58,034 nucleotides of DNA from the IMG/VR virus record IMGVR_UViG_3300029337_000010, positions 1-58,034 of that record; one strand, 5' to 3'. Of this stretch, positions 8,499-18,168 are shown in pieces. Positions within the stretch are counted from its first letter, which is position 1. The number at the start of each line of letters is the position of its first letter. Made by a program: the position numbers and the translations under genes. Source of the stretch: a virus. The notes beneath the pieces are model-generated. The model saw nothing but the letters and a program-made list of their open reading frames with translations, was not told the DNA's origin and searched no databases.

Positions 8499-8952
8499 CG
8501 TCGTCCTCCAACCGATCCAGATTGTCAAATATGTTTCCGATAACCTCACAATCCTCTGAACTGTAAGCATCCCCGTAAATATGGCGGTAGAACCATCCTC
8601 TTTTGGGTAGACGCCAACTTGCAAAATTTTGATCCCAACCAACAAGCTCTGTTTTATTCCCGCACTTAACAATATCATTCTCCCAAATCAGCTTGCCATT
8701 CTTATCGTATTGCCCTGTACATTGGCAAACGGTATCTTTCAGCACTTCGACAGCTGTTTTCAGCAAGTTATCTGCGTGTATTGGTTGCCCTGTGTTGTGA
8801 TGTGGCAAGATGTATGGGACATCATTTACCACAAACAAAAATCCTTCCACCCATTCCCTGTCATCTCTCCGCTCCCCGCGGAATAAATATTCCTTCAAAA
8901 TCCACTCCTCAGGCTCCGGCTTCTTTGCATCCGTTCTCATGCATTCAATCAT
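8491..8952 (-). CDS. YopX-family phage protein
   Basis: 153 aa. TVCQCTGQYDKNGKLIWENDIV and EVIGNIFDN are the characteristic YopX pattern. Confidence 0.7.
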   Translation of the reverse strand: MIECMRTDAKKPEPEEWILKEYLFRGERRDDREWVEGFLFVVNDVPYILPHHNTGQPIHADNLLKTAVEVLKDTVCQCTGQYDKNGKLIWENDIVKCGNKTELVGWDQNFASWRLPKRGWFYRHIYGDAYSSEDCEVIGNIFDNLDRLEDDDE

Positions 8953-9048
8953 TTCCCCTGCTCCTTCCCGTACCGCAACTGATACGGCACCTCTCTGAAT
9001 CTCTTAAGCGCGTCGCCGCTATCGTTGCGCATTTTTTCTTTCATACCT

Positions 9049-9444
9049 TTATCTCACTTTCACATCAGTGTCATTTCTGCGAATTTTAAAATCCAACCCA
9101 CACTCTTCTTTCAAGATCTGTATCTGATCTTCCCATGTAGCATAATCATCCATGATGCATTCTGCCTTTTTATTGAATCGATCAACAAATCTCTGTATGC
9201 GGCTTTTACCAAAGTCAAACTCATCGTGCAAAACCATTGCAGACAAAATCGTTACCGTGTCTATGGTATTTAATTTAATCTTGCTAACGCATTCATCTAT
9301 TGCATTCTTGGGTAGCGCAAGTGGTAATTTTGTTGCGCCGCGAAAGCGGCACTCTTCTTCCAGAGAGTCAATTCCATTCTCCTTTGCAATTCGCAGAGCA
9401 TATGCCATTCCCTCTCGCCTAAGTTCTTCATCTTTATTTCTCAT
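9049..9444 (-). CDS. Hypothetical protein
   Basis: 131-aa ORF in the early operon. Confidence 0.5.
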   Translation of the reverse strand: MRNKDEELRREGMAYALRIAKENGIDSLEEECRFRGATKLPLALPKNAIDECVSKIKLNTIDTVTILSAMVLHDEFDFGKSRIQRFVDRFNKKAECIMDDYATWEDQIQILKEECGLDFKIRRNDTDVKVR

Positions 9445-9469
9445 GAATCAGTTCTCCTTTCTTTTCATC

Positions 9470-9781
9470 TCAATCGAATCGAGTTCCAAAAAGGACTGTG
9501 CATATATCTTTGAATTCATTTTCACGATCAGAAATTTGAACATCCAATTCATCGAGCCTATTAAGTAATGCTTTCTGGTATTCTTTTTCTGTAAAATCCG
9601 TATTGCGTTTTCTTCCCCTTGTTCTTATTGGAAGTTTTACATTTTCTCCGTTTTCCAATAAAATCCCAATAATTTTGCGCCTTGGGACGTCGTTTAGCTC
9701 CGCAAGGATCTCCAACTGTTCACCTTTATGCTTTGCATGTCGGTACCTGTTGCAAATTTCGCATTCGCCCATTTCCATCAT
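9470..9781 (-). CDS. Hypothetical protein (possible small DNA-binding protein)
   Basis: 103-aa ORF with a 4-nt overlap to the upstream gene. Confidence 0.5.
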   Translation of the reverse strand: MMEMGECEICNRYRHAKHKGEQLEILAELNDVPRRKIIGILLENGENVKLPIRTRGRKRNTDFTEKEYQKALLNRLDELDVQISDRENEFKDICTVLFGTRFD

Positions 9782-10479
9782 TTCTTATCACGCCTTTCCC
9801 TAACATTTGTTTCCAACAAAGTTTTTTCTAATTCATCATAGTCATAAGATCTCTGATAAAAGTTATTAAATTTGTTTTTTGATCTTGGGTTACTCTCTTT
9901 CTCCTGCTTCTCCCAACTCCTTAATGCGGCTTTCCAGTCGGTTATTATTTCTCCATTACGTTTCCAACCTATTGATTTGTAGTAATCAATAAATGATTCC
10001 GCGCTCACACCATTCTTCCTCTTACGGCAATAATCAGCCACTTCCGCCAATGACGGTATGCACGCTTCCACTTCTTTCGCCGGCGAGCTTCCTGCGCTCC
10101 TTATTGCATTCACTCCGAAAAAATTTTTTGAAGCATCAAATGTGTATGCGCCATTTCTTTTCGTATAAAGCATTGATTTTTCTTCTGCATAATTGGTTGG
10201 CTTATAACGGTCTTTTTGAATGCAGTTATGTAATTTCCAATGTTTTATGACAATAACATTAGATCCTGGAAAAGTAAGAACATAATGTTTGTCAATGAGA
10301 ATTTGCAAGTCTTCCTTTGAAGCCTGGCACTCTCTTACTGTTTTATTGGCGCAGTCAACAAAACCGTCGTCATCTGCCCGTATGCATAAATGAAAAAACA
10401 AACCCTGCGCTGTGAGCGGCATGTCAAGAAAAGCATCTGACGTCACTAAATCTATACGAAACATCCGCTTACTTGCCAT
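9778..10479 (-). CDS. Phage replisome organizer (DnaD-like) protein
   Basis: 233 aa. The N-terminal MFRIDLVTSDAFLDMPLTAQGLFFHLCIRADDDGF is typical of the replisome-organizer N domain. Confidence 0.75.
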   Translation of the reverse strand: MASKRMFRIDLVTSDAFLDMPLTAQGLFFHLCIRADDDGFVDCANKTVRECQASKEDLQILIDKHYVLTFPGSNVIVIKHWKLHNCIQKDRYKPTNYAEEKSMLYTKRNGAYTFDASKNFFGVNAIRSAGSSPAKEVEACIPSLAEVADYCRKRKNGVSAESFIDYYKSIGWKRNGEIITDWKAALRSWEKQEKESNPRSKNKFNNFYQRSYDYDELEKTLLETNVRERRDKK

Positions 10480-10507
10480 AATATCTCCTTCAAGTTCCCA
10501 AAAATTA

Positions 10508-11101
10508 TCACTTTTCTACTTCCAAAAGCTCAATGACACGCGATCCTGCATCTTCCGGTCTGCAAAAAACAAATTCCACTCCGTACTTAAGCTGCATTGT
10601 CAGCATTGCTTTTCCAAGGACTTCCCCGCTTGTTGGCGGTGCCTTTGGAAGCGGTACATTCAACCACTTTCCAATACCATGCATGTACTTTATCTTGTTG
10701 TATCTCTCAAGCCTTGGATTGTGCCAATGAAAAACGTCTTCAATAGTTTTTATTCCATCCATGTTCTCAACCAAAACATACAGTGCTATATTGTTGTTCT
10801 GCGCAAAAATACACTCGTCTCGGAACCTTAAATGCTGTTTTCCGCAGACGTTTCCCGTAATCTCCTGCATGTCCTTCTTAGTATCTACAGCAACCTTGTA
10901 GCTTCCAATAAAGTCCATCTTCTTAACTTCCATCTTTCTTGCTGACTTTCGTCTTATAACGTCAAGAACGGTTTCTTCCGCGATAACATAATCTCCAACT
11001 GGAAGAGGTGCTCGTAGCACCTCTATGTCATTACTATCAAAATAGCGATTCTTAAGTATGTGCTGACCCTCTTTCTGGCCTTTGTCCTCGATCAATAACA
11101 T
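10508..11101 (-). CDS. PD-(D/E)xK / ERCC4-type nuclease (possible junction resolvase)
   Basis: 197 aa. PVGDYVI ... VAVDTKKD has D...(D/E)xK spacing. Confidence 0.5.
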   Translation of the reverse strand: MLLIEDKGQKEGQHILKNRYFDSNDIEVLRAPLPVGDYVIAEETVLDVIRRKSARKMEVKKMDFIGSYKVAVDTKKDMQEITGNVCGKQHLRFRDECIFAQNNNIALYVLVENMDGIKTIEDVFHWHNPRLERYNKIKYMHGIGKWLNVPLPKAPPTSGEVLGKAMLTMQLKYGVEFVFCRPEDAGSRVIELLEVEK

Positions 11102-11137
11102 ACATATCTCCCTTCCATTGATTTATCCAAGTCATTT

Positions 11138-11560
11138 TTAAGTAAAAGGTAACTCTTCATCAATTCCATCCGGAATATTCATAAAACCATCCGAATCTGT
11201 CATAGGCTGCGGTTTGTAACTTCCGTTGTCCTGCGAAGCCTGTTTGCTCTCTGCAAATTCACAGCTTTCGATCAAACACTCATTGGTGTACACCTTATTA
11301 CCGTCTTTGTTGGTGTAACTTCCGGTCTGCCAGCTTCCTTCAATTACAAGCTTTGTTCCCTTTTTGCAATATTTTTCAAGAAACTCTGCTCTTTTACCAA
11401 ACGCAAGACAATTGATAAAATCTGCCATTGGCTGTCCATCCTGCTTAAATTTCCGGTCAACCGCCAGAGTAATTCTACCGATAGCTGTTGACTTCTCGCC
11501 CTGCGACCATCTTACTTCCGGGTCTTTGGTGCATCTTCCCATTAAAATCACTTTATTCAT
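11138..11560 (-). CDS. ssb: Single-stranded DNA-binding protein
   Basis: 140 aa. OB-fold start MNKVILMGRCTKDPEVR and an acidic C-terminal tip DEELPF. Confidence 0.9.
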   Translation of the reverse strand: MNKVILMGRCTKDPEVRWSQGEKSTAIGRITLAVDRKFKQDGQPMADFINCLAFGKRAEFLEKYCKKGTKLVIEGSWQTGSYTNKDGNKVYTNECLIESCEFAESKQASQDNGSYKPQPMTDSDGFMNIPDGIDEELPFT

Positions 11561-11579
11561 TCACTTATTCCTCGCTTCC

Positions 11580-12302
11580 TTAAAACGGGTAAAGGTTCAT
11601 ATCGACCTCTAATCCACGTTCCGCCACGTAAACATCTGATCCATATTTAACTGTTTCTTCTGTCTTTTGTTTGAATAATGCCGAATCTGCTGATTTATCT
11701 GATAAGTGAATTAGAACGACATTTCGCAATGCCGGATTATCGTTAGTAGAAATAAAGTCAAGTGCCGTTGGTAAACTCATATGACCTCTTAATCTGTGCT
11801 TGTAATTTGGCTCTTCTCGGTTCACAAACTGCATATCGTAGTTGGCTTCCACCATGATGTGATTAACGTCCTTAAATCGCCATTTGACGTATTCTGTGTC
11901 TGTTGCATACACAAGGCTTCCCATCTCTGGATGCGTAATGTAAAACCCAACGCACGGGCACTCTGAACCATCTCCGTTGTTATGTAGCCATCTGCCGGAC
12001 TTATCCCGGTTTTCAAATGCTCGTATGCTAAAACTTTCTTTCCCAAACTGTAGGATATTTCCATCTATCAATTTGAACGGCTCCCACACTGGAATACCGG
12101 CTCTAACATACTGAAAGAAGTGCTGATGATGGTCTGAATGTATGTGGGTCGTGATTACCGCTTTAATCTTTCGCACATTGAAATCCAGTGCTTTCTTGAC
12201 TTCCATGAATGGCAAACCAGCTTCGATTATCAAGGCTTCGTTGTCATTCTCCAATATGTAACAGTTACCGGACGAACCGGAACCTAAGACTTTTAATTTC
12301 AT
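11580..12302 (-). CDS. Metallo-beta-lactamase-fold hydrolase/nuclease
   Basis: 240 aa with the HxHxDH motif (THIHSDHHQH). Confidence 0.8.
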   Translation of the reverse strand: MKLKVLGSGSSGNCYILENDNEALIIEAGLPFMEVKKALDFNVRKIKAVITTHIHSDHHQHFFQYVRAGIPVWEPFKLIDGNILQFGKESFSIRAFENRDKSGRWLHNNGDGSECPCVGFYITHPEMGSLVYATDTEYVKWRFKDVNHIMVEANYDMQFVNREEPNYKHRLRGHMSLPTALDFISTNDNPALRNVVLIHLSDKSADSALFKQKTEETVKYGSDVYVAERGLEVDMNLYPF

Positions 12303-12305
12303 AGG

Positions 12306-12671
12306 CTACTCCAATTCTTCCTCTGCCGGAAACTGAAAATATCCATTCATATTGTTAAATTCTACCCGGTCACAAGAATCTTTTACGATTACAGTTCCAA
12401 AACCGCCTTTCATTGCGGTCTTTATTGTTTCATCAAAATCTTTCGGAATATCTGCATTTGTGATAAACTTGCCAGCATACGCAATTCTAAGCATTTCCAT
12501 AGCTTTCTTTGCTTTTTCTTTTGCGGAATAATCTGCAACATCTACTGAATCATCATATCCACATATCTGCATTCTCACATAAACGCGCCCATTTATACAT
12601 CCTGCATATAAAGAAACCGAACTGCTATCATACGGAAAATCCTTTGTTCCGTCCTGCGATATAATTCTCAT
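12306..12671 (-). CDS. Hypothetical protein
   Basis: 121-aa ORF between the annealing protein and the MBL nuclease. Confidence 0.5.
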   Translation of the reverse strand: MRIISQDGTKDFPYDSSSVSLYAGCINGRVYVRMQICGYDDSVDVADYSAKEKAKKAMEMLRIAYAGKFITNADIPKDFDETIKTAMKGGFGTVIVKDSCDRVEFNNMNGYFQFPAEEELE

Positions 12672-12679
12672 ATAACCTC

Positions 12680-13729
12680 CTACTTTAAGAAATCCGGCAC
12701 GTCATCATCATCTGCAACTTCTGTCTCTGCCATCTTTGGCTCTTCCACAGTTTCGGCAACTTCCGGCTCAACAGGGAAATCCTCGGAATTGGCGTTCTCG
12801 GCAATTTCTTCCTGTGTCTGAACATATGTTTCATCAAGCTGATTGAATGACTGCTTTGCCATACTGTTAAAGTCCTTGCGGTACTTCTTGATTGCATTGT
12901 TTCGCATCTTACGAACAATCATAGATTCCGGCGTATCAAGCCATGCCGCGCTGATATACGGCTTTGCAACCTCACATTCCAGCATTTCATCAACTGTTGA
13001 ACATTTTCTCAAAGCATCGAAAATTTCTTCTTTCTTTGACTTGATTTTGCTTAACTGCTCCGCAGATGCCTTGTAACGATTCTGGCAAATACCGAAAGTC
13101 TCATTCATCAGATTGTTACGCACATGAGCAAACAGATTAACCTTTACGCCGTCTCTCTCTGCGATCAGATACTGGAACGTGCCGTCCTTTAATTTCAGTG
13201 GATAAACAATGCGGATCACTTTCTGTGAAAGTCCTTTCTCTTCCCATTCCGGCGGTGTCATTTCGATTCCCTTATGCTTTGGATACGAAAACTCATCCCC
13301 CTCTTTGACAAGCCAGCAAGGATATACGGTATCTACATTCTCCCCATAGTTACGAAGCAATGCATCGTTGCCGTCTCCCTCGATTCCCATTTCTACGACC
13401 TGTACATAGTTTTCTCCGGATTTCTTTGTGCGCAACTGAAAATAGCACTCTCTCGGCACTGCATTCGCATTAAGCTTAAGACTTGCGCACTGACCAACAA
13501 CCTCACGCAGATTTGATGTATCAAGTCCGTTTAAGTCCTTGATTTTATCGCTATCCTTAACAAGCTGATAGATGCTTGTCATAGCTGACATAGCGCATTG
13601 CTTTGAATAATCATCATACGGAACGCCGCATAACTCAAAATCCTTTGTAACAAGGTTTGTGATTGAATTAGTCCACTGACTGACCGCAGTGTTGACTTTC
13701 TGCACCTCTAAATTATTGTTCTGTGCCAT
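12680..13729 (-). CDS. RecT-like single-strand annealing protein
   Basis: 349 aa. Its size, its position beside SSB and a nuclease, and an acidic C-terminal tail (DDDDVPDF) support the call. The family assignment is by resemblance only. Confidence 0.55.
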   Translation of the reverse strand: MAQNNNLEVQKVNTAVSQWTNSITNLVTKDFELCGVPYDDYSKQCAMSAMTSIYQLVKDSDKIKDLNGLDTSNLREVVGQCASLKLNANAVPRECYFQLRTKKSGENYVQVVEMGIEGDGNDALLRNYGENVDTVYPCWLVKEGDEFSYPKHKGIEMTPPEWEEKGLSQKVIRIVYPLKLKDGTFQYLIAERDGVKVNLFAHVRNNLMNETFGICQNRYKASAEQLSKIKSKKEEIFDALRKCSTVDEMLECEVAKPYISAAWLDTPESMIVRKMRNNAIKKYRKDFNSMAKQSFNQLDETYVQTQEEIAENANSEDFPVEPEVAETVEEPKMAETEVADDDDVPDFLK

Positions 13730-13764
13730 AATTAACCGACCTTTCCTTAAATTGAATTAAATGC

Positions 13765-13902
13765 CTAAACTGCATACAGTTCATTCGATGTCTTTTTGTA
13801 CAACTCTCCATCAATCAAAACGGTATATTCGCAGCGATCTTTTTTAAGATCTACCTTGTGAAATTTCTTTCCGCCCCAAAATGTTTTTGTTTTAACAACC
13901 AT
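13765..13902 (-). CDS. Small hypothetical protein (45 aa, below the ORF-track cutoff)
   Basis: The ATG is preceded by GAGGAA. Translation is MVVKTKTFWGGKKFHKVDLKKDRCEYTVLIDGELYKKTSNELYAV. Confidence 0.45.
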   Translation of the reverse strand: MVVKTKTFWGGKKFHKVDLKKDRCEYTVLIDGELYKKTSNELYAV

Positions 13903-13904
13903 AT

Positions 13905-14636
13905 CTATTCCTCGCTTTCTTCAAATTCTTTTAACTGCCCTGCTAACTTCTTGCACTCATCCGCAACATATTCTTCTGTACGAATAACATCATCAATCAG
14001 ATATTTGCTTTCTACCATTTTCCGTAGTTGATACCATTTTCTATTGCTCGGAAACTTCTGTATCGCATAATCCAAATCTGACTTATCTCCTGCATGACCG
14101 CAATCAAATCCAAACCACCACAAATCACTTTCAATCGGATAATCTGAATGTTCTCCACCACCTGCGTATGTAATACCGCCGTGGCACTGAAAATATGCTT
14201 CGATGCGGATTCTCTCGTCCTCGTCAAGGCAAGCACCGATCAAAGGGAAAATTCCACTTACCGCTCTGTCTACAACATCAGATTTCTTGATTTCAAGGTG
14301 ATCGCCGTAATCTTTTCCGTATAACGGATGATTCTTTGGAATACCGACATAACCGCATCTGTGCCCGACATTTCCAAATATGACAACACATTTGTAGCCT
14401 GCATGTTCAAACTCACGCTCGACAATATACCGTTTCTCCGGTTCTTCATACTTCTTCACAATCGCCACCTTATCAGCACCGTAAGTCTCTACCCACTTCA
14501 TATCCACGGTTTCATCCGTAACTGTCAGCTTTGCGCCCTTGGCATTTACAACCATGTCTCCGGCTTTTACATCGTCTGATGTAGCAAATATATATGACCG
14601 GCTCTGGTTTGGATATTTTGCTTTTATGTAATTCAT
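13905..14636 (-). CDS. Conserved-looking hypothetical protein (HGGITY / WWFGFDCGHAGD motifs)
   Basis: 243-aa ORF with His/Asp/Cys-rich motifs that suggest a metal site. No family is recognised. Confidence 0.55.
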   Translation of the reverse strand: MNYIKAKYPNQSRSYIFATSDDVKAGDMVVNAKGAKLTVTDETVDMKWVETYGADKVAIVKKYEEPEKRYIVEREFEHAGYKCVVIFGNVGHRCGYVGIPKNHPLYGKDYGDHLEIKKSDVVDRAVSGIFPLIGACLDEDERIRIEAYFQCHGGITYAGGGEHSDYPIESDLWWFGFDCGHAGDKSDLDYAIQKFPSNRKWYQLRKMVESKYLIDDVIRTEEYVADECKKLAGQLKEFEESEE

Positions 14637-14647
14637 TTTGAGGCCTC

Positions 14648-15283
14648 CTACTCAATCAATTCCTTGTCAATAATCTGGAAATTTGCTCTATGGATATACA
14701 AAGCCTTTCCATCAATCATGAGTTTCGTTGTTTTCGGCAAATCGTTTCTGACCTCCCAATACACATCGTCGCCGGAGTATGCGCAAATCGGGACACCTAA
14801 CTGGCTTTGGATTACAACTACCTGCCCTTTTCCAAAAAAGTTTTTGTACTCGTTTACAATTCCAGAAATAGCCGTATTTTCCGAAAAACTTCCTCCTGTT
14901 TTGCTCTGAATATCTGATAACTGAAACTCCGCATCAGGCATCAAGCCACTTTCAGAAAATATAATGGTGTCTCCGCAACTCTGTATCTGTTTTCCATCAA
15001 TATTGATTGTCACAACAGATGATAAACTGTACTCAATTGTTGAAGAACCGTCGGTAGAATCGATTTTGCTTTCTTCAATAACATTACCTGTCATTCCGAT
15101 TTTTGTTCCGCTTGCCGTCAAAAATCTTTCTCCGTAGTTGTCATAAAACTGGCACTCAAACGAATTGCCAACAAGCTGTCCCTTAATGTCGTTTATTCCA
15201 CTCTCCCAAGAAGCAATATCGCATCCTGCAAAGCTTAATGTCAGCAGAATAATTGCTAAAACACTTGCAATCCTTTTTCTCAT
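14648..15283 (-). CDS. Lipoprotein
   Basis: 211 aa with signal peptide and lipobox: MRKRIASVLAIILLTLSFAGC. Confidence 0.75.
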   Translation of the reverse strand: MRKRIASVLAIILLTLSFAGCDIASWESGINDIKGQLVGNSFECQFYDNYGERFLTASGTKIGMTGNVIEESKIDSTDGSSTIEYSLSSVVTINIDGKQIQSCGDTIIFSESGLMPDAEFQLSDIQSKTGGSFSENTAISGIVNEYKNFFGKGQVVVIQSQLGVPICAYSGDDVYWEVRNDLPKTTKLMIDGKALYIHRANFQIIDKELIE

Positions 15284-16131
15284 TCCGATACCTCCGTAAT
15301 TTCACCATTTTCAATCGTATACCAAGTATCCGGCTTGATATCGTCACCGTTTACCTGCACCATCTTTGCACCGTTAAGAACCCATGCACTCTGGTTATTT
15401 CTGTCATATTCCGGATTATCTTTTGAGCCAGTGTATTCCCAGTCTGCAAAAACAAGAAATGCCCCAAGAACGCCCTTGGCTTTTGATTTGTAACCCCAAG
15501 CAACAGCTACTACATCCTTGTCTTCTGCCGAGGATGCTCCTTTGTATCCGGTTGCAGAGGATGCTCCACAGGTGCCGGTTGCAGAGGATGCTCCGTAGTC
15601 TCCGGTTGCCGAGGATGCTCCTTTGTATCCGGTTGCAGAGGATGCTCCGTAGTCTCCGGTTGCCGAGGATGCTCCATAGTCTCCGGTTGCCGAGGATGCT
15701 CCCTTGTATCCGGTTGCCGAGGATGCTCCACAGTCTCCGGTTGCCGAGGATGCTCCATAGTCTCCGGTTGCAGAGGATGCTCCATGCTTTTCATCGCTTT
15801 CAGCGTCCTTTTTTACACGTTTTACTGTATATTTGATTGCAGCTTTAACAAGACCCGCAATGCTAATTTCTGCTCCGATCTTAATTTTTGTAGATGCTAC
15901 CTTAGTATCATCATTATGTTTCTGGATTTCTCCGCTCTGCTCTACCTCGTGGTATACGCTTTCATTTGGATAATAATAATTCAAGCAATCAAGCGGATAC
16001 TCGCAAGCGTGAAATCCATGATCGCAAACTTCTACGCTTTCTTCCTCATACTCTTTTCCCTCTTCGTACTGAAAGCCACGACAAGTCATATTTTTGTTAA
16101 ATCCTTTGTAAGATTTGATAACTTCTCCCAT
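15280..16131 (-). CDS. Phage protein with a KGFNK..CRGFQYE..HACE N-domain and about 10 tandem GASSATGxx nonapeptide repeats
   Basis: 283 aa. The repeats are visible in both the protein and the DNA. Confidence 0.7.
   Translation of the reverse strand: MGEVIKSYKGFNKNMTCRGFQYEEGKEYEEESVEVCDHGFHACEYPLDCLNYYYPNESVYHEVEQSGEIQKHNDDTKVASTKIKIGAEISIAGLVKAAIKYTVKRVKKDAESDEKHGASSATGDYGASSATGDCGASSATGYKGASSATGDYGASSATGDYGASSATGYKGASSATGDYGASSATGTCGASSATGYKGASSAEDKDVVAVAWGYKSKAKGVLGAFLVFADWEYTGSKDNPEYDRNNQSAWVLNGAKMVQVNGDDIKPDTWYTIENGEITEVSE
15521..15790. repeat. 27-bp tandem repeat array (about 10 units) inside CDS 15280..16131
   Basis: GGATGCTCC...CCGGTTGC(C/A)GA units recur every 27 bp. Confidence 0.9.
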
Positions 16132-18168
16132 TTAAACACCCTCCACTTTCAACTGCTTGTCCGCTGATACACTCAAAAGGATTAACTGTGCATCCATATC
16201 CGGCACATTGAAATCATTTAAGCTCTCTGCGTTATCCACAAAAATCGGCACGCTAACGCCGTATAACTCGCTAAGAGAACGGATAATATCAAGTCCGGCT
16301 ACAATTCTATGACCGCTATTCAAAGTCGAATACGGCACTCCATTTACGGTGCACTCACAGCAATCTTTCATACCGCCATTTAACTGCATTTCAAAGAGTT
16401 TGAAATTAACTGTCTTGAAATGGCTGTTGATGGTTTCAGAAACCTTATCCAGTTTGAAACGAATAAATTCTTCCAACAGGTAAAGAATCTGTTCCTGGTC
16501 GGAAACCTTCTGCCCGATTTCTTTCTGTTCTTCCTGCAACTGCCCGATACGCTCATCAATCTCAACATTCATAGATGCTTTTGCAATGATTTTGTTTACA
16601 TCATAAAGACGTGCCTGAAGCTCTTCTTTTTCAGATTTTAAGGATTCAACTGATGCATTCTCTCCATTGGCGTTCATCTTTTCAATTTCTTCCAGAACTT
16701 CGTCATGCCTTGCTTTCAACTCCACGTACTCTTCATTCTGCGAATAATCGGCAATTTCCGGAATCGATGATAACTGCTGGCAGAGCTTTTCTTTTTTTGC
16801 AATATCTTCCTGCTCCTGTTCCTTTAAGGACTTTATTTCTTCCTTTACTTTGGCATTTTCATCCCTTAATTTTGTGATAAGATTTTTTCTCTCTGTGCCA
16901 ATATCAACCAATCTGTTCAGTGCTGTTCTCTTTTCTGTGTCAAATCTGATCTTTTCTGACTTTAACTTTTCTTCTGCATCCGACTTGGCTTTTCGCTTTC
17001 TGCTTTCAAAATCAGACTTTAACTGCTCGATTTTATCTTCCGGCAACTTCTGACCACACAATGAGCAAACGGTGCTGTTTTCATCAAATACCCACTTTGA
17101 TTCATCAAACAGATATGGGAATTCATCAAAAGCCTTTGCTTTTTCTGCGTTGTACTCCTCTCCAAGCCTTTTCCGCTCTGAATCAGCATTGGAAATAACC
17201 GTCTCGTTTTCTGAAACCCGTCTCTCTTTCAAAGCAATAGTATCTGCAAATCGCTTTATCTCGTTTTGCAAATCGCGTAATTCTGCTTCGATCTCGCTTC
17301 TTCTGTTTGTCAGATCCCGGTTCATGATCTGCATAATGCCAGACATATCAAACTGCAGCTGCATTTCTTCACGCCCTAACTCCATCATTACTCCGTCAGA
17401 ATCTTTGATCTTCGCATCAATATCTGCAATTTTGGTTTCCAAGTCTGTTTTCGCAAGTTCCTGTTCTGCAACATCGATGTCAACCTTGGATTTCATGGCT
17501 TCGTCAATTCGGACTGGAATCTCTGCCTGCTTCTTCTTCCACTCGGTAAGAGTTTTGGAAAATTTTGCTCTAATATCATCCGTAGACGGTGCTTTCTCCA
17601 ATTCTGAAAGCAATGGTGCATACTTCGCGTCCGTCTGTGCCAGCTCTACATCTGAAACATCTGAAACAAGTTTCATCAGAATATCTCTCTGGTCTTTCCA
17701 TTTCAAAGAAGAAAAATACTGCGGATTAGTCAGCATTTTGAACATTTCCTCACTCTGCGCAATACCAGATACATACTCCTTAAATTCAGCTTCACTTTTT
17801 GGATAGCCGTCAATCTCGTATGAATTTGGATTTCCCTGCAATGACACTGTATTTGTGCCACGCTTCTTGACCCAATTCTGCTTCTGAACCTTGGAAAGCT
17901 CTACTTCCTTGCCATCAACGTCCATAATTGCTACAACCTTGATTTCCACGTTATCAATGCGGTTTCCGTCCTTATCCAACGGTCGAACATTGAATTTTTC
18001 CTCTCCGGCGCTGTTCTTATTAAACAGAAGCCATGTGAATGCATCAAAGATCGTTGTCTTTCCTACGGCATTCTGCCCGCTGATCTTCGTTTTCACAGAG
18101 AAATTCACGTCAAGCATATTGATGCCCTTGAAATTCTCGATGTGAATACTCTTAATTGTTATTTTCAT
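16132..18168 (-). CDS. Rad50/SbcC-like AAA ATPase with a long coiled coil and a CxxC hook
   Basis: Walker A is GQNAVGKTT. About 400 aa are coiled coil with a central CSLCGQ. The start MKITIKS has a GAGGAGG RBS. Confidence 0.75.
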   Translation of the reverse strand: MKITIKSIHIENFKGINMLDVNFSVKTKISGQNAVGKTTIFDAFTWLLFNKNSAGEEKFNVRPLDKDGNRIDNVEIKVVAIMDVDGKEVELSKVQKQNWVKKRGTNTVSLQGNPNSYEIDGYPKSEAEFKEYVSGIAQSEEMFKMLTNPQYFSSLKWKDQRDILMKLVSDVSDVELAQTDAKYAPLLSELEKAPSTDDIRAKFSKTLTEWKKKQAEIPVRIDEAMKSKVDIDVAEQELAKTDLETKIADIDAKIKDSDGVMMELGREEMQLQFDMSGIMQIMNRDLTNRRSEIEAELRDLQNEIKRFADTIALKERRVSENETVISNADSERKRLGEEYNAEKAKAFDEFPYLFDESKWVFDENSTVCSLCGQKLPEDKIEQLKSDFESRKRKAKSDAEEKLKSEKIRFDTEKRTALNRLVDIGTERKNLITKLRDENAKVKEEIKSLKEQEQEDIAKKEKLCQQLSSIPEIADYSQNEEYVELKARHDEVLEEIEKMNANGENASVESLKSEKEELQARLYDVNKIIAKASMNVEIDERIGQLQEEQKEIGQKVSDQEQILYLLEEFIRFKLDKVSETINSHFKTVNFKLFEMQLNGGMKDCCECTVNGVPYSTLNSGHRIVAGLDIIRSLSELYGVSVPIFVDNAESLNDFNVPDMDAQLILLSVSADKQLKVEGV

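Noticed and set aside
15384-15836. Alternative-frame ORFs across the 27-bp repeat array (15384..15836 on the plus strand, 15510..15794 on the minus strand)
   Set aside because: These frames stay open only because a 27-bp (9-codon) period preserves any frame. Their products are pure repeats (RLQRMLHS... / EHPRQPET...) with no start context.
17072-17806. Long plus-strand ORFs opposite real genes: 17072..17806 (244 aa), 31589..32197 (202 aa), 30731..31222, 2437..2973, 34368..34970 and 25415..25876
   Set aside because: These are Ser/Phe/Leu-rich or low-complexity antisense shadows of strongly supported minus-strand genes (the ATPase, tape measure, methyltransferase and the tail-tip/baseplate-position (Tal-like) protein). 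They have no RBS or promoter.
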